NCBI GenBank assembly: GCA_963795855.1
Contig: CAWCIZ010000001.1
Location: forward strand, 128,001-192,000
Reading direction: 5' to 3'
Source: Vulcanimicrobiota bacterium
GTDB lineage: Bacteria; Vulcanimicrobiota; Vulcanimicrobiia; Vulcanimicrobiales; Vulcanimicrobiaceae
Length of the DNA stretch: 64,000 nucleotides
The number at the start of each line of letters is the position of its first letter. Position 1 is the first letter of the stretch. Below the pieces are notes generated by a model, which was not told the origin of the DNA, did not search any database, and worked only from the letters and a program-made list of their open reading frames with translations. Shown piece by piece: positions 1 to 10,675 of this stretch. Made by a program: the position numbers and the translations under genes.

Positions 1-1
1 G

Positions 2-1474
2 CGCGTCTCGCAAATGAAGGTTTCGCTCGCAGGACTTCCGGCGAACGCGGTGCCGTTCGTCGTGGCGCAAGCGCACAAGATGTGTCCGCCCGAAGATAAC
101 GGCGGCTTTGCCGCGCACAAACTTGTCGATGCGGTTGAAGCGGCATTCGAATTGCCGTTCCCGCGCGGCCTCGCGCGCGAAGCGCGTTTGTTCGAAGAAC
201 TCGCCCGCTCCGCACCGTCGCTTGCGTTGCGTCATCTCTTCTTTGCGGAACGCGAACTTTCGAAGATTCCGGGGCTGAATACGCTCAAAGACTCGGGCAC
301 CGGCGCCCGAGAGGTGCAGAAAGCCGGCGTCGTCGGCGGCGGCACCATGGGAACCGGTATCGCTATCGCGTTCGCGAGCGCCGGCATTCCGGTGACGGTG
401 ATCGAACCGAGTGCCGAGCAAGTCGAGAAGGCGCGGCAGATGGTCTTCGGCATGTTCATGTATCAAGTGCAGAAGGGCCGGATTACGCAAGAAGAAGCGT
501 GGAAGCGCGGCCAGTCCATCGCGTTCACCGAGGAGTACGGCGATCTCGCCGACGCCGACGTCGTCATTGAAGCAGTCTTTGAAAACATGGACGTCAAGAA
601 AGAGGTCTTCAGAAAACTCGACGCCGTCGTCAAACCGGAAGGCATCTTGGCCTCGAACACCTCGACGCTCGACATCGACGAGATGGCCGCCGTCACGAAG
701 CGCCCGGAGCAGTTTCTCGGCCTGCATTTCTTTGCGCCGGCGAACATCATGAAACTGCTCGAGATCGTGCGCGGAAAAGAAACGTCGCCCGAAACCCTTG
801 CGTCGGCGTTTCGGCTGGGAAAGAAATTGCGAAAAATTGCCGTGCTGTCGGCGAATGCGTTCGGATTTATCGGCAACCGGATGCTGTTCGACTACGCGCG
901 CGAAGCGGTCGGGCTGGCCGAAGAGGGCGTTCCGCCGTACCGCATCGACGCGGCGATGAAGAACTTCGGCATGGCGATGGGACCGTTCGCGATGTTCGAT
1001 CTCTCCGGCATCGACGTCTTCCGGCACATTCAGCAAGCGCGTCCCGACATGGGCGCGGCGCGCACGAAAATCGTCGAACGGTTGTACGAAGCAAAACGCC
1101 TCGGGCAAAAGACCGGCAAAGGGTTTTACAAGTACGATGCGGCGGTAGGCAAAGGGCGCGAGGCGATTCGCGACGAGGACGTTGAAAAACTATTCGCGCA
1201 GGTCGCAGCGGAAGCCGGAATTCCGCAGAATCCGAACGTGAGCGATGCGCAGATCGTCGAACGCCTCACGCATGCGCTCATCGACGCCGGCACGGAACTG
1301 CTGGAAAAGAAAGTCGCGCTGCGTCCGGGCGACATCGACATCGTATACGTTTTCGGATACGGCTTCGCTCCGCATCACGGCGGCCCGATGTGGTACGGGC
1401 ACGAGATCGGTTACAAAGACGTCTACGCACACCCCGCAGCGCTCGAAGGGCAGAAGGAGTTGACACATGCGTGA
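2..1474 (+). CDS. 3-hydroxyacyl-CoA dehydrogenase/enoyl-CoA hydratase multifunctional enzyme (5'-truncated by window)
   Basis: [11 protein letters not shown]ossmann motif, EAVFE, SNTSTL, GLHFF and GFIGNR motifs; frame is open back to the window edge. Confidence 0.9.
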   Translation, partial: RVSQMKVSLAGLPANAVPFVVAQAHKMCPPEDNGGFAAHKLVDAVEAAFELPFPRGLAREARLFEELARSAPSLALRHLFFAERELSKIPGLNTLKDSGTGAREVQKAGVVGGGTMGTGIAIAFASAGIPVTVIEPSAEQVEKARQMVFGMFMYQVQKGRITQEEAWKRGQSIAFTEEYGDLADADVVIEAVFENMDVKKEVFRKLDAVVKPEGILASNTSTLDIDEMAAVTKRPEQFLGLHFFAPANIMKLLEIVRGKETSPETLASAFRLGKKLRKIAVLSANAFGFIGNRMLFDYAREAVGLAEEGVPPYRIDAAMKNFGMAMGPFAMFDLSGIDVFRHIQQARPDMGAARTKIVERLYEAKRLGQKTGKGFYKYDAAVGKGREAIRDEDVEKLFAQVAAEAGIPQNPNVSDAQIVERLTHALIDAGTELLEKKVALRPGDIDIVYVFGYGFAPHHGGPMWYGHEIGYKDVYAHPAALEGQKELTHA

Positions 1475-2648
1475 AGCGGCGATAGTGTCGGCGGCGCGCA
1501 CGCCTATCGGAAAAGCATTTCGCGGCGCGTACAATCAAACGCACGGCGCAACGCTCGCCGGACACGTCATCAAAGCGGCGGTGGAACGCGCGAAGGCCGA
1601 TCCCGGCGAAATCGACGACGTCGTTTTGGGCGTAGGATTGCCGGAAGGCGCGACGGGCAACAATCTCGGCCGCGTCGCCGCTTTGCGCGCCGGGCTGCCC
1701 GTTACCGTTCCCGGAACGACGATCAACCGGTATTGCTCGTCGGGCCTTCAGTCGATTTCCGTCGCCGCGCAGCGCATCATCGTGGACGGCGCGAACGTCG
1801 TCGTCGCGGGCGGTGCGGAGTCGATCAGCATGGTGCAAAACACGATGAACGTGGAGTTTTTCACCGAGGATTGGATGCTGCGCCACGATCCCGACGTCTA
1901 CATGCCGATGCTGCAGACCGCCGATTTCGTCGCGACGAAGTACGGCGTTTCGCGCGAACGTCAGGACGAATACGCGCTGCAAAGCCAAAAGCGCACCGCT
2001 GCCGCTCAGGCCGCGGGAGCGTTTGACGACGAAATCGTTCCGCTCACGACGTGGAAGTACGTCGAGGACAAAGAGACCGGCGAAGTTCGCGAAGAGCAAG
2101 TCACGCTCACCCGCGACGAAGGCAATCGTCCCGATACCACGCTCGAAGGTCTCTCGAAACTCAAAGGCGTGCTCGATCCGCAATCCACGATTACCGCCGG
2201 AAACTCATCCCAACTCTCGGACGGCGCCGGTGCGGTCGTCGTGATGGACTCGAAACTTGCGGAGAAGCGCGGTCTGCAGCCGCTGGGCTTTTATCGCGGG
2301 CTGGTCGTCGTGGGCAACGAGCCCGGTGAAATGGGCATTGCGCCGGTGTACGCGATTCCGAAATTGCTCGAGCGGCATAACCTGACCATCGACGACATCG
2401 GCTTGTGGGAGTTGAACGAAGCCTTCGCGGTGCAAACGGTCTACGTGCGGGACACGCTCGGCATCCCGAACGAGCGGTTCAACGTCAGCGGCGGCGCCAT
2501 CTCCATCGGGCATCCGTACGGACTTTCGGGCACGCGGATGGTCATGCACGCGCTCGCGGAAGGGAAGAAGCGCGGCGCAAAACACGTCGTCGTCACGATG
2601 TGCGTCGGCGGCGGCATGGGCGCAGCGGGCCTGTTCGAAGTCGCCTAA
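1467..2648 (+). CDS. acetyl-CoA C-acyltransferase (thiolase)
   Basis: NRYCSSG, NEAFA, GHPYG and CVGGGMG thiolase motifs; overlaps the upstream stop. Confidence 0.95.
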   Translation: MREAAIVSAARTPIGKAFRGAYNQTHGATLAGHVIKAAVERAKADPGEIDDVVLGVGLPEGATGNNLGRVAALRAGLPVTVPGTTINRYCSSGLQSISVAAQRIIVDGANVVVAGGAESISMVQNTMNVEFFTEDWMLRHDPDVYMPMLQTADFVATKYGVSRERQDEYALQSQKRTAAAQAAGAFDDEIVPLTTWKYVEDKETGEVREEQVTLTRDEGNRPDTTLEGLSKLKGVLDPQSTITAGNSSQLSDGAGAVVVMDSKLAEKRGLQPLGFYRGLVVVGNEPGEMGIAPVYAIPKLLERHNLTIDDIGLWELNEAFAVQTVYVRDTLGIPNERFNVSGGAISIGHPYGLSGTRMVMHALAEGKKRGAKHVVVTMCVGGGMGAAGLFEVA

Positions 2649-2661
2649 ATCACGCGCCGGA

Positions 2662-3672
2662 TTAGTTCCGAAGCGGCGTCCCGTGCGCCAGCATGTGCTC
2701 CATGCGTTCTCTCGTTTGCGCATTGAAGACGAGCGCTTCGAAGCAGCGCGTTTCCAGGTCGAGCAGTTCTTGATGTGAAACGCGCCGCGCGGGTCCGCCG
2801 CCGCCGGTCATTACGCGTGCGATCGCCCGCGCCACCTCCGCATCGTACGCAGTCGCGGCGCCCGAGGCGACCGCCGCTTCTATGACGCGGTTGAGCGCCG
2901 CATAGCCGGCGTCTCCCAGCACCGGAATATTTTGCAGCAGTGCGGGCGTTGTGTATGCGTGTGCCAACTCCAAGACGAATGTTTTCGCCTGCGCAATCAG
3001 ACACTCCGGATCTTCGGTGATGCGGTCGTGCGCTTTTAGGAAATGCAAGCGGCGCGCGTCCTGCGCGTCCTTCGATGCGCGCATGAACGCGATCGTTTCA
3101 AATGCCTCACGCAGCGCCGCGGCTTCGTTGCCTTCGCCCGCGGCATCGACGCAGCGGATGTATAATTCGCTCGTCCCTCCAAGATCGGGCAGAATGCCCA
3201 CGGCGATCTCCGGCAGGCTCGCGCGCAGATCCGCGCGCGCTTGAACGCCGTCCGCGTACATCGTCAACTCGAGCGCTCCGCCGAGCGTTAGCGCGAAGGG
3301 AGCGGATACCGTCGGAAACGGCGCGGTGCGCATGCCGGTCGCTACCCGCTGAAAGCGTTTCGCTACCGCGCGAAACTTTTCGCGATCGTCGCCCATCTCC
3401 GCAAGCAGCGATAGCAGCCAGCGCAGGTTTGCGCCGAACGAAAAGTGCGCGCCTTGGTTGCCGATCACCAAACCTTTATAGCGGCTCGGAATCGTGTTGA
3501 ACGCACACTCTGCTATGGCGAGCGTGTCGCCGTCGAGCGTATTGCCTTTGGAATGAAATTGCAAGCACAGAACGCCGTCGTCGAGATCGAGCAGCGAAGC
3601 GCTTTGCGCCGATGCGAGCACTCGTCCGGAATCTTTGCGGATATCGTCGAGAACGATCGGCGTTTCACGCAT
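2662..3672 (-). CDS. enoyl-CoA hydratase/isomerase-family protein resembling the C-terminal half of FadN
   Basis: LDLDDGVLCLQFHSKGN, FSFGANL, TLGGALE and C-terminal ERMEHMLAHGTPLRN; start chosen at MRETPIV inside the longer computed ORF. Confidence 0.75.
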   Translation of the reverse strand: MRETPIVLDDIRKDSGRVLASAQSASLLDLDDGVLCLQFHSKGNTLDGDTLAIAECAFNTIPSRYKGLVIGNQGAHFSFGANLRWLLSLLAEMGDDREKFRAVAKRFQRVATGMRTAPFPTVSAPFALTLGGALELTMYADGVQARADLRASLPEIAVGILPDLGGTSELYIRCVDAAGEGNEAAALREAFETIAFMRASKDAQDARRLHFLKAHDRITEDPECLIAQAKTFVLELAHAYTTPALLQNIPVLGDAGYAALNRVIEAAVASGAATAYDAEVARAIARVMTGGGGPARRVSHQELLDLETRCFEALVFNAQTRERMEHMLAHGTPLRN

Positions 3673-3772
3673 CGCAAACCGTTCTCGAAAGCAACCGGCG
3701 GTCCCGTCGCTGTCGCACGAAGAGCGGGTAAGAAGCCCTGTGCAGGCACTGCTCAATAGGGAGATAGCACGT

Positions 3773-4132
3773 ATGAAAGATGCATTTGGCAGAGGCGCAG
3801 CCGGCCTCGTATTGGCCGCCGCTCTCGCCATGATGCCGGGAATAGCACTGGCACAGGCCTCCAGCCCGGCGGCGAGTCCCGCCGCGGGCGCGACGGCAGG
3901 CACATCCGCCACCACCACGACGACCACGACGAACGCGTCTCCGGCCGCGTCACCGATGGCCGGAACCACCACTACGACCGGCGGCACGACGACCACCGGA
4001 ACCACGACCGGCGGCGGCGGGGGATCGGGCTGGTGGGGTCTCATCGGCCTCGTCGGACTGCTCGGATTGTTCGGGATGGGCGGAAGGCGCACGACCAGCG
4101 TGGAGACGTACGACACGACTCGGCGGCCGTAG
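3773..4132 (+). CDS. small secreted Thr/Ala/Gly-rich protein with C-terminal WGxxGxxG transmembrane motif
   Basis: GGAG RBS, signal peptide ending ALA, low-complexity linker, WWGLIGLVGLLGLFG then basic RR; terminator follows. Confidence 0.8.
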   Translation: MKDAFGRGAAGLVLAAALAMMPGIALAQASSPAASPAAGATAGTSATTTTTTTNASPAASPMAGTTTTTGGTTTTGTTTGGGGGSGWWGLIGLVGLLGLFGMGGRRTTSVETYDTTRRP

Positions 4133-4148
4133 CCGGGCAAGAATGCGT

Positions 4149-4177
4149 AAGGTGGGGCTAAATGCCCCACCTTTTTG
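4149..4177 (+). terminator. Rho-independent terminator
   Basis: AAGGTGGGGC-TAAAT-GCCCCACCTT hairpin with T tract, just after the stop at 4132. Confidence 0.75.
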
Positions 4178-4228
4178 CGCTGAAAAGCACAAGCGATTTT
4201 CGCGCCGGAGAGCCAGAGTGTACGAAGG

Positions 4229-5323
4229 ATGCTAGCTCGGCGAAAAATGAAGCGCCGCATCGACGACGCGCTCGCAGTCGCCAGCCCCGTTGCGTTCGCC
4301 GACGCGATCGACGCGTACATGACGTCGCGCTCACCGCAGGACGCGCGCGCGCTGGCCGCGCGCAGTTTCGAACGCATGGACTCCGGCGAGCGTTCGCAAT
4401 TGGAATTCTATCTGAATCTGGACGATCCCGACGATCTGATCGGGCATCGCTTCAGCGCGTTTTTGCGCCAGAATCCGCGCGCGATGACCGCGCTCGACGC
4501 CGGCGCAGTCGAAGCCATTCTCCAAGACGTCGGCGAACTTCCGCCATTCGAGCGCGCACGCCGGCGTTTGCCGGCGCCGACGGCGGCACTCGTTGCGCTC
4601 ATCGTCGCCGTAACCGTTTTGCCTCTCGCCGCCCAGTATGCGCGCCAGCGGGGACTGCTTGCGGATTTGAGCGATCCCGTTTTGCCGGCGGCCATCGTGC
4701 CGTTCGTACAGCATTTCACGCTGCATAAGACGCCTCCGCCGGCAATCCGCCGGCAACCGCCGCGCGCGGTATATCATCCGGTGCAGCGCCGCGCCATTGC
4801 CCGCCGGCACCGAAGCATCCCGCGGCATTACGCGGTCGTCCGCAGGCCGGCGCCGAAAAAAACGCTCGCCTGGAAATTCGATCGCCTCAACAATCCGTAC
4901 TTCAATCGCGTGCGCTGGCGCCATCCCTTCGTCGAACGCTACGCCTGGGCGCCGCGTCCGCGCTTCGTCGATCAGGCACGCCTGAGCGTGCGGTCGTATC
5001 TGCGCGCTCTTGCGCTCGGCGATACGCATTCCGCGCTGGCGCACTTAGGATTGCCGCCGACCGCGGACACGAAAGCGCTCGCGGAAATGCCGATCGTTTC
5101 GCGCGCCAGCACCGTAGCGATCGTCGGCTCGAAAACGCAGGCGGACGGCAACGAGCAGGTGCAAGCCGAAATCAATACGGACGGCCGCGAATATTATGAA
5201 GTCTTTGCCGTAGCGCGCGACGGACCGGCGCTGCGCATCGTCGATCACTACTACATTCCGGTCAATCGCAGCGCGCAGGTCGCTGCGGCCGGTCGTCCCT
5301 TGAAAAAGACGAATCCTCGCTGA
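4229..5323 (+). CDS. hypothetical single-pass membrane protein with Arg/His/Pro-rich linker
   Basis: 364-aa ORF with one hydrophobic segment (AALVALIVAVTVLPLAA); abuts galK. Confidence 0.6.
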   Translation: MLARRKMKRRIDDALAVASPVAFADAIDAYMTSRSPQDARALAARSFERMDSGERSQLEFYLNLDDPDDLIGHRFSAFLRQNPRAMTALDAGAVEAILQDVGELPPFERARRRLPAPTAALVALIVAVTVLPLAAQYARQRGLLADLSDPVLPAAIVPFVQHFTLHKTPPPAIRRQPPRAVYHPVQRRAIARRHRSIPRHYAVVRRPAPKKTLAWKFDRLNNPYFNRVRWRHPFVERYAWAPRPRFVDQARLSVRSYLRALALGDTHSALAHLGLPPTADTKALAEMPIVSRASTVAIVGSKTQADGNEQVQAEINTDGREYYEVFAVARDGPALRIVDHYYIPVNRSAQVAAAGRPLKKTNPR

Positions 5324-6426
5324 AAACGGTTGAGGCCCGCGCACCCGGACGTGTGAACCTCATCGGAGAGCACACCGATTACAACGACGGCTTCGTGCTG
5401 CCGTGCGCGATTGCGTACGACACGCGCGTGCGCGCCGTAGCTCGCGATGACCGCATTCTTACGGCACGCTCCGCCTTCGCCGGCGAGGCGCGATTCGATC
5501 TCGAGCGGCTGCCGGCGCAACCTGCCGGAGGTTGGACCGACTATCTCGTCGGCATCTTGAGCGAACTGCGCCATGCCGGCGTCGCTTTACGCGGCGCGGA
5601 TTTGAACGTTACCGGCACAGTGCCCATCGGCGCCGGGCTCAGCGCCTCCGCTTCATTCGAAATCGCGATTGCGCTGGCGTTGCTCGGCATCGCCGACTCC
5701 GGAATGCCGTCCCCCGATCTCGCACGTTTGGCGCAGCGCGCGGAAATCGCGTACGCCGGAACGCGGTGCGGCATCATGGACCAGTTTACGGTTTTGCTGG
5801 GACGCGAAGGCTATGCGCTGTTCTTGGACACGCGCAGTTTGGAATACGATTTGATTCCGGTGCCGCGCGGCGCGGCGGTCGTGATCTGCAACTCGATGGT
5901 CAAGCACGAACTGGCGGCAAGCGCGTACAACGAGCGCCGCAGCGAATGCGAGCGCGCTGCGAATCTGCTTCGATCGCGCTACCCTGCAGTGCGCGCGCTG
6001 CGCGACGTGAGCAGTAAACAGCTGGCTGAAGCGGAGTCGCTGCTGCCGCCCCTGCTGTTTGCGCGCGCGAGGCATGTGGTGACTGAAAACGAACGGGTGC
6101 GGGAAGCGGCGCAGGCGCTGCGTTCGGGCGACTTGGCGCGCTTCGGAGCATTGATGTACGCATCGCACGAGAGCTTGCGCGTTGATTATGCGGTCAGTTG
6201 CTGGGAACTCGATTTGTTGGTGGAGATTGCAAAAACGTTCGACGGGACGATCGGCGCGCGTATGACGGGCGGCGGCTTCGGAGGCTGCACGGTCAACCTG
6301 GTGCGCGCCGATCGCGCGCGTGCTTTTCGCGAGCACGTTGCGGCGGCATATTCGCGCGAGGCCGGAATTGCGCCGGATCTCTTCGACGGCACGCCGTCGG
6401 CTGGAGCGTCGGTGATCGGTGAGTGA
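5320..6426 (+). CDS. galK: galactokinase
   Basis: APGRVNLIGEHTDYNDG, PIGAGLSAS, CGIMDQ and GARMTGGGFGG motifs; frame extends 5' of the computed GTG, exact start uncertain (CTG at 5320). Confidence 0.95.
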   Translation: MKTVEARAPGRVNLIGEHTDYNDGFVLPCAIAYDTRVRAVARDDRILTARSAFAGEARFDLERLPAQPAGGWTDYLVGILSELRHAGVALRGADLNVTGTVPIGAGLSASASFEIAIALALLGIADSGMPSPDLARLAQRAEIAYAGTRCGIMDQFTVLLGREGYALFLDTRSLEYDLIPVPRGAAVVICNSMVKHELAASAYNERRSECERAANLLRSRYPAVRALRDVSSKQLAEAESLLPPLLFARARHVVTENERVREAAQALRSGDLARFGALMYASHESLRVDYAVSCWELDLLVEIAKTFDGTIGARMTGGGFGGCTVNLVRADRARAFREHVAAAYSREAGIAPDLFDGTPSAGASVIGE

Positions 6427-7435
6427 CTGGAAAACCCAGCCGCACCGGCGTTTCAATCCGCTGACCGGCGAGTGGGTGCTCGTCTCGCCGCATCGCTTGG
6501 ATCGCCCGTGGCATGGTGAGACGAACGCCGCTTCGTCGACGTTGCGTCCGCGTTACGATCCGCAGTGCTCGCTGTGTCCGGGAAACGTGCGCGCCGGCGG
6601 TCAGCGTAATCCGGACTACGACGCGACGTTCGTCTTCGACAACGATTACGCCGCGTTGCTCCCCGGCACGCGCGCCGAATGCTTCAACGACGGACCGCTG
6701 CTTGCGCACGGCGAACCGGGAATCTGCCGCGTGCTGTGTTTTTCGCCGCGGCACGACCTCGACGTCGCGCAGATGTCGCCGGCGCAGATTCGCCTCATCG
6801 TCGATGCCTGGGCGGCGAACTCCAAGGACCTTGGCGATCGTCCTACGGTGAATGCGGTCACCATTTTCGAGAACCGCGGCGCCACGATGGGCGCGAGCAA
6901 TCCGCATCCGCATGGCCAAATCTGGGCGCAGCAGGCGCTGCCGAACGAACTGCTCGCCGAGTCGCGCGCCTTGTCTGAATACGTCGCGAAGAACGGCCGG
7001 TGCTTGCTATGCACGTACGCGGAATACGAAGTGCGGGCTGAAGAGCGCGCTCGTCTACGCTAATGCGCTCGTCGCAGTCGTCGTCCCGTTTTGGGCGATG
7101 TGGCCGTTCGAAGCGCTCGTTCTGCCGCGGCGCCACGCGGGCGCGCTCGACGAGATCTCCGGCGAAGAGCGCGACGCGCTCGCCGATGCCATTGCGCAGT
7201 CGACGGCACGTTACGATCGGCTGTTCGCGGCGCCGTTTCCGTACTCGATGGGGTTTCATCAGCAGCCCACCGACGGTGCTGCGCATCCGCAGTGGCACGT
7301 GCACGCGCACTACTATCCGCCGCTGTTGCGCTCCGCGACGGTGCGCAAGTTCATGGTCGGCTACGAGATGCTCGCCCAACCGCAGCGGGACATCACGCCC
7401 GAAGCACGCGGCGCGAGCGCCTGCGCGACGCATGA
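6419..7435 (+). CDS. galT: galactose-1-phosphate uridylyltransferase (two apparent frameshifts, near 7045 and 7405)
   Basis: [18 protein letters not shown], catalytic SNPHPHGQ, C-terminal [20 protein letters not shown] in another frame. Confidence 0.9.
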
Positions 7436-9141
7436 TTCCCGGAAAGCGCGTCATTTCGGGAGAGATGCACTATCCGCGCATTCCACGCGAATACTGGCGT
7501 GCGCGGTTGCAGATGGCTCGCGCAATGGGTTTGAACGCGATCTCGACGTACGTCTTTTGGAACCGGCACGAACCGCAGCGCGGAACCTATGACTTTGCCG
7601 GCGACAACGACGTCGCAACCTACGTACGCATGCGCGCAGGAAGAAGGGCTCGACGTTATTTTGCGCCCCGGCCCGTACGTCTGCGCCGAATGGGATTTCG
7701 GCGGGTTGCCGGCGTGGCTGCTTCGCGACGGCGTGCAGATTCGCACCGCGGACGAGTCGTATCATGGAGCCGGTGCGCGCGTGGCTGATGCGTTTGGGTG
7801 AAGAATTGGCGCCGCTTGCAGCAGTCGCTGCGGCGGCGCCGATCGTCGGCGGTGCAGTTGGAAAACGAGTACGGCGCGTTCGGCTCGCGATCGCGCCTAT
7901 CTCTGCGCGCTGCGCGACGCGCTTGCGCGATGCCGGCTTCGGCGAGTCGCCGCTTTTCACGATCGATCAGCCCGGCGATTTGGCCGCGGGATGCATCGAC
8001 GGCGTTTCGGTTGCGGCAACGTTTGCTCCGGGCGATCCGAACCGCCATTTCGAATCCGTGCGGTCGCTGCGCGCCGGCGCTCCGCTGCTGTGCGGCGAAT
8101 ACTGGGCCGGCTGGTTCGACCATTGGGGTGAGACGCATCACCGGCTCGACGACGCGCAGCAGGCGCGCGACTTGGAATGGATGCTCCACGAAGCGTGCTC
8201 GTTCAACATCTACATGTTTCACGGCGGGACGAATTTCGGATTTTGGAACGGCGCGAACTCGTCCGAAACCGAGCCGTATCAGCCGACCACGACGAGTTAC
8301 GACTACGACGCCGCATTGGACGAAGCGGGCAGGCCGACCGCGAAATACGCGCTGTTTCGCGAAGCGATCGCCGCGCATTCCGGTGTTGCGCCGCCGGCCG
8401 TTCCGCCCGCTCCGCAGACCGTTGCGATCCCGCCGTTCGCGCTGAGCGAAACGTGCGCACTGCTCGATGCGGATCTGGGTGAGCCGATTCTCCGGGATCG
8501 CCCCGAGCCGATGGAACTGCTGGGTCGGCATTTCGGCTACGTGCTGTACCGCACGTACGTGGACGGACCGCTTGACGGCGAACTCGAGATCGACGCCGTT
8601 CGCGACTACGCGGTCGTAAGTCTGGACGACGGCGTCGCCGGACGTCTCGACAGACGCCTGGGCGAATCGCGCTTGCGCGTTCGGTGCGATCGCGCGCGCA
8701 CGAGGCTCTCGATCCTCGTGGAAAACGGCGGGCGCATCAATTACGGTCCGGACTTTCCGCACGAGTGGAAGGGCGTGACGCGTGCCGTGCGGTTGGACGG
8801 ACGCGAGCTGCTCGGCTGGCAGATTCACTTACTGCCGCTGGATGAACTCGGGGCTTTTGCTTTTACGCCGTTTCACCGCGCGTGCCCGGCATTGCATCGC
8901 GGTAACATGCACGTGGATGCGCCGCACGACACGTTCGTCGACGTATCGGCGCTCGGAAAAGGCGCGCTGTGGATCAACGGACGCAACGTCGGACGTTTCT
9001 GGAACATCGGGCCCCAGCGTTGCGCTGTACGTACCCGGCGTTTGGATGCAGGCGGGCGCTAATGAGGTGGTTGCGCTCGATCTGTTCGCGCACGATACGC
9101 CTCCCGTGCTGTCCGGCGTGCGAGAACCCATCGTGATGTAG
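7432..9141 (+). CDS. GH35 beta-galactosidase (several apparent frameshifts)
   Basis: [65 protein letters not shown] motifs spread over three frames. Confidence 0.9.
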
Positions 9142-9193
9142 CCGCGATGCGCGAGCGAAGGAACTCCGGCAGTTTCCGGAGCACAGGCGCCCT

Positions 9194-9700
9194 ATGGCAG
9201 TAACCAAGGGCCGCACCTCCACGGCCGGCAAAACAGCGACATTGGAGGTCGGTGCGAAAGCGCCCGATTTCGAACTCGAAAGCCATCGCGGCGAGAAGTG
9301 GCGCCTTTCCGATCAGCGCGGAAAGAACCACGTAGTCATCGCATTCTATCCATTCGCTTTTACGCCGGTTTGAACCAGTCAAATGCCCGGCCTCGAGAAG
9401 AATCTCGGGCGCTTTAAAGGGCTCGATGCTCAAGTTGTGGGCATCTCAATCGATTCCACGCACAGTAACAAAGCGTGGGCGGAATCCATCGGCGGTCTGA
9501 GTTATCCGCTTCTGTGCGATTTTTGGCCGCACGGAGACGTGGCGCGCGCGTATGGCGTTTTGGACGAAAAGGCCGGTCGTGCCGAGCGCGCAGTGTTCAT
9601 CATCGACAAAGAAGGCGTCGTGCGCTACATCGACGTGCACGCCATCGGCGAACAGCCGGACGAGGAACAGATCCTCGAAGAACTCGGCAAACTGAAGTAG
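9194..9700 (+). CDS. peroxiredoxin (AhpC/TSA family), probable selenoprotein with TGA at 9371-9373
   Basis: LEVGAKAPDFEL...FYPFAFTPV-TGA-TSQ reads in frame into the computed ORF 9383..9700 (GISIDS, LLCDFWPHG, ERAVFIID). Confidence 0.85.
9385..9410 (+). promoter_or_regulatory. putative bacterial SECIS hairpin
   Basis: stem CTCGAGA/TCTCGGG (9392-9398/9403-9409) with AGAA loop starting 25 nt after the TGA. Confidence 0.6.
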
Positions 9701-9751
9701 CGCTCGCGGGCGCTCCGGGATTCAGCCGGAACGCCCGCGAACTCCACCCGC

Positions 9752-10675
9752 GTGGCGCGAGTGGTCTGCGTCGGCGGCGCATGCATCGATCGCAAGTACC
9801 GCGTACTTGAAGCGGCGCACCTCGCTACTTCCAATCCCGCACGCATCGGAACCGCATTCGGCGGTGTGGCCCGCAACGTCGCGGAAAACTTGGCGCGGCT
9901 CGGCGTGCACGTGTCGCTTCTCTCGGCGGCCGGTTGCGACGACGCCGGAGACGCACTCCTGAATCACGCAAAGCGGGCCGGTATAGACGTCGACCTTACC
10001 ATGCGCGATCGGAGTCACCGCACGCCGGAGTATGCGGCCGTCGTCGAGAGCACGGGAGATTTAGTGATTGGCGCGTCGGCGATGGATGCGGTCGAGGCGA
10101 TTCTGCCGAGCGATCTCGAGCGGCGTTGGGACGCGATCGGCAGCGCGGATTGGATCTTCGTCGATTGCAACGTGTCGAGCGACGTGCTCGCATGGTGCAT
10201 CGGTCGCGCGCGGGCCGCGAATTTTCGGCTTGCCGTCGATGCGGTGAGCGAGCGGAAAGTTTGCCGGCTGCCCGCGGATTTGTCGGGCATAGATCTGCTG
10301 GTCCTGAACGAAGATGAGGCAGCGGCCTATACCGGCGCAGATCGGGGCGCGGTACGCGCGCAAACGTTGCTGCAGCGTAACGCCGCTTGCGTGCTCCTGA
10401 CCGCGGGCGCTCGCGGACTCACTGTCGCGGCCGAGCGCGTCGTGACGTTACCGGCAGTCCGAGCGGCGTGCGTCGACGTCACCGGCGCGGGCGACGCTCT
10501 TATTGCGGCAACGCTGTGGCGGCTGCTCGCGGGGGACCATCTCGTCGAAGCGGCGCGCATCGGTTCCTTGTGCGCCGCACTGACGGTCGAAGATCCGCAA
10601 AGCGTTCGTTCCGATCTCTCGCCTTCGCTTGTCGAAGCGCGCAAGCATCGTCTGGAAGCATGCAACGCCATTTGA
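9752..10675 (+). CDS. psuK: PfkB-family kinase, probable pseudouridine kinase
   Basis: GGVARNVAENLARLG and DVTGAGDA PfkB signatures; adjacent to psuG. Confidence 0.8.
   Translation: MARVVCVGGACIDRKYRVLEAAHLATSNPARIGTAFGGVARNVAENLARLGVHVSLLSAAGCDDAGDALLNHAKRAGIDVDLTMRDRSHRTPEYAAVVESTGDLVIGASAMDAVEAILPSDLERRWDAIGSADWIFVDCNVSSDVLAWCIGRARAANFRLAVDAVSERKVCRLPADLSGIDLLVLNEDEAAAYTGADRGAVRAQTLLQRNAACVLLTAGARGLTVAAERVVTLPAVRAACVDVTGAGDALIAATLWRLLAGDHLVEAARIGSLCAALTVEDPQSVRSDLSPSLVEARKHRLEACNAI

Noticed and set aside
3895..4022. ACC/ACG-rich tandem repeats as CRISPR or VNTR
   Set aside because: These are Thr/Gly codons of a low-complexity linker, with no repeat-spacer structure.
3673..4377. N-terminal extension of the 571-aa ORF 2662..4377
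   Set aside because: It is the antisense of the WGxxGxxG gene; hydratase similarity begins at about 3672.
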